This document shows positions 32,470 through 33,360 of a stretch of DNA of 33,360 nucleotides, one piece after another. The stretch is from NCBI GenBank assembly GCA_049999805.1, contig JBNGIO010005431.1:1-33360 (forward strand). Direction: 5' to 3'. A program made the translations under genes and the position numbers. Every line of letters begins with the position of its first letter. The stretch's first letter is position 1. Under the pieces are notes generated by a model. That model made no database searches, had not been told where the DNA came from, and was given only the letters and a program-made list of their open reading frames with translations. The DNA is from Folioceros fuciformis (lineage: Eukaryota).

Positions 32470-33077
32470 ACGTGTGCTAGGTTGTGACAAATCTACTCAG
32501 AACTCCCGTCAAACAGCTGGTAGACCAGTGAGTTACAGAACCGACTTTTTTTTGGCTCACCCGATGAGCGGCTGTATGCGCCATGGCTCGCCCTGACTAT
32601 ATACAGTAGAAGGTCTCTAAGCTTTTTTGGCTGTACCTGGACAACAGCAACAGAAACAGTCTTGTAAAGACAATTGAATTGGAAATTATCTGTGTTGTAC
32701 ACAGTTCGTTGTTTTTGCTTTTCAATCAGGCTTCGCAGGTAATTAACAGGACATTATTTCATCATGCCATCCCAATATGAGAATCTTCCCTTTACACATC
32801 CGGTTTAAAATTTACACATTTTTTCTATAAGTATCCCATTTTGAGTTGTAAGCATTATTTAAGGGTTAGGTATTCTATTTAAGTGGTAAGAATCTAATTT
32901 ACGTTTGTGACATTTCATTTACGTCATAGACGTCTATTTTTGTCCAGCTATTCATGTTTTTATACAGCACATTTGCTTTTGCATACAGCCTATTTTATTT
33001 GTATATTTATATTTTAATTATCTCATTAAGGTGTAGTATTCACATTCATGTTTTAGTTATCCTATTTAAGTTGTGTG

Positions 33078-33355
33078 AAGTTTTAGGCAGGTAATTTTTA
33101 AGTTTTAGGCATGCTATTTTCAAGTTGTATGTACGTCATTTTAAAGTTTTAGGGCACCCCATTCTCAAGCTTTAGGACATCCTATTTTCAAGTTTTAGGC
33201 ATCTCATAAAAGTTTTAGGTATCCCATTTTAAAGTTCTAGAACATCCCATTTTCAAGTTTTAGGACATCATATTTTCAAGCTTTAGGAGATCCCATTTAA
33301 GTTGAAGGCATCCCATTTACATTGTAGGCATCGTATTTAAGTTGTAGCATCGCAT
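33078..33355. repeat. AT-rich 20-23-bp minisatellite, about 13 degenerate copies, running to the window end
   Basis: Consensus AAGTTTTAGG(A)CATCCCATTTT(C/A). More degenerate copies appear from ~32830. Confidence 0.88.
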
Positions 33356-33360
33356 ATACG

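Noticed and set aside
33078..33360. CRISPR-like appearance of short regular repeats (also 2304-2436 and 7893-7988)
   Set aside because: They are head-to-tail repeats without unique spacers, there are no cas genes, and the context is eukaryotic.

Overview
Eukaryotic land-plant nuclear DNA. Short spliceosomal introns, TTTAGGG motifs and a Dpy-30 gene suggest a compact non-seed-plant genome (inference). The left third (1-14.3 kb) is decayed sequence: an F-box pseudogene, three Ty1/copia remnants, a pogo/Tigger-type DNA transposon split by one of the copia elements, and a pseudogene of the plastid TrpD2-like anthranilate phosphoribosyltransferase family. The remainder is gene-dense, with six apparently intact genes whose exons I reconstructed by hand: NMT1 (+, intronless CDS), LSM8 (-, 5 exons, missed by the ORF track), CSN3 (+, 11 exons), a TORNADO1-like LRR-Roc-COR protein (-, 3 exons), a Dpy-30-motif protein with long Pro/Ala/Lys repeat arms (-, 5 exons) and a group-3 LEA protein (+, 3 exons). 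Most notable: the CSN3 and TRN1-like stop codons are only 26 nt apart on opposite strands; the Roc P-loop is only rebuilt through a GC-AG intron; and the Dpy-30 protein has an unusual architecture. I see no clearly new multi-gene system. Family assignments rest on remembered motifs, not database searches.
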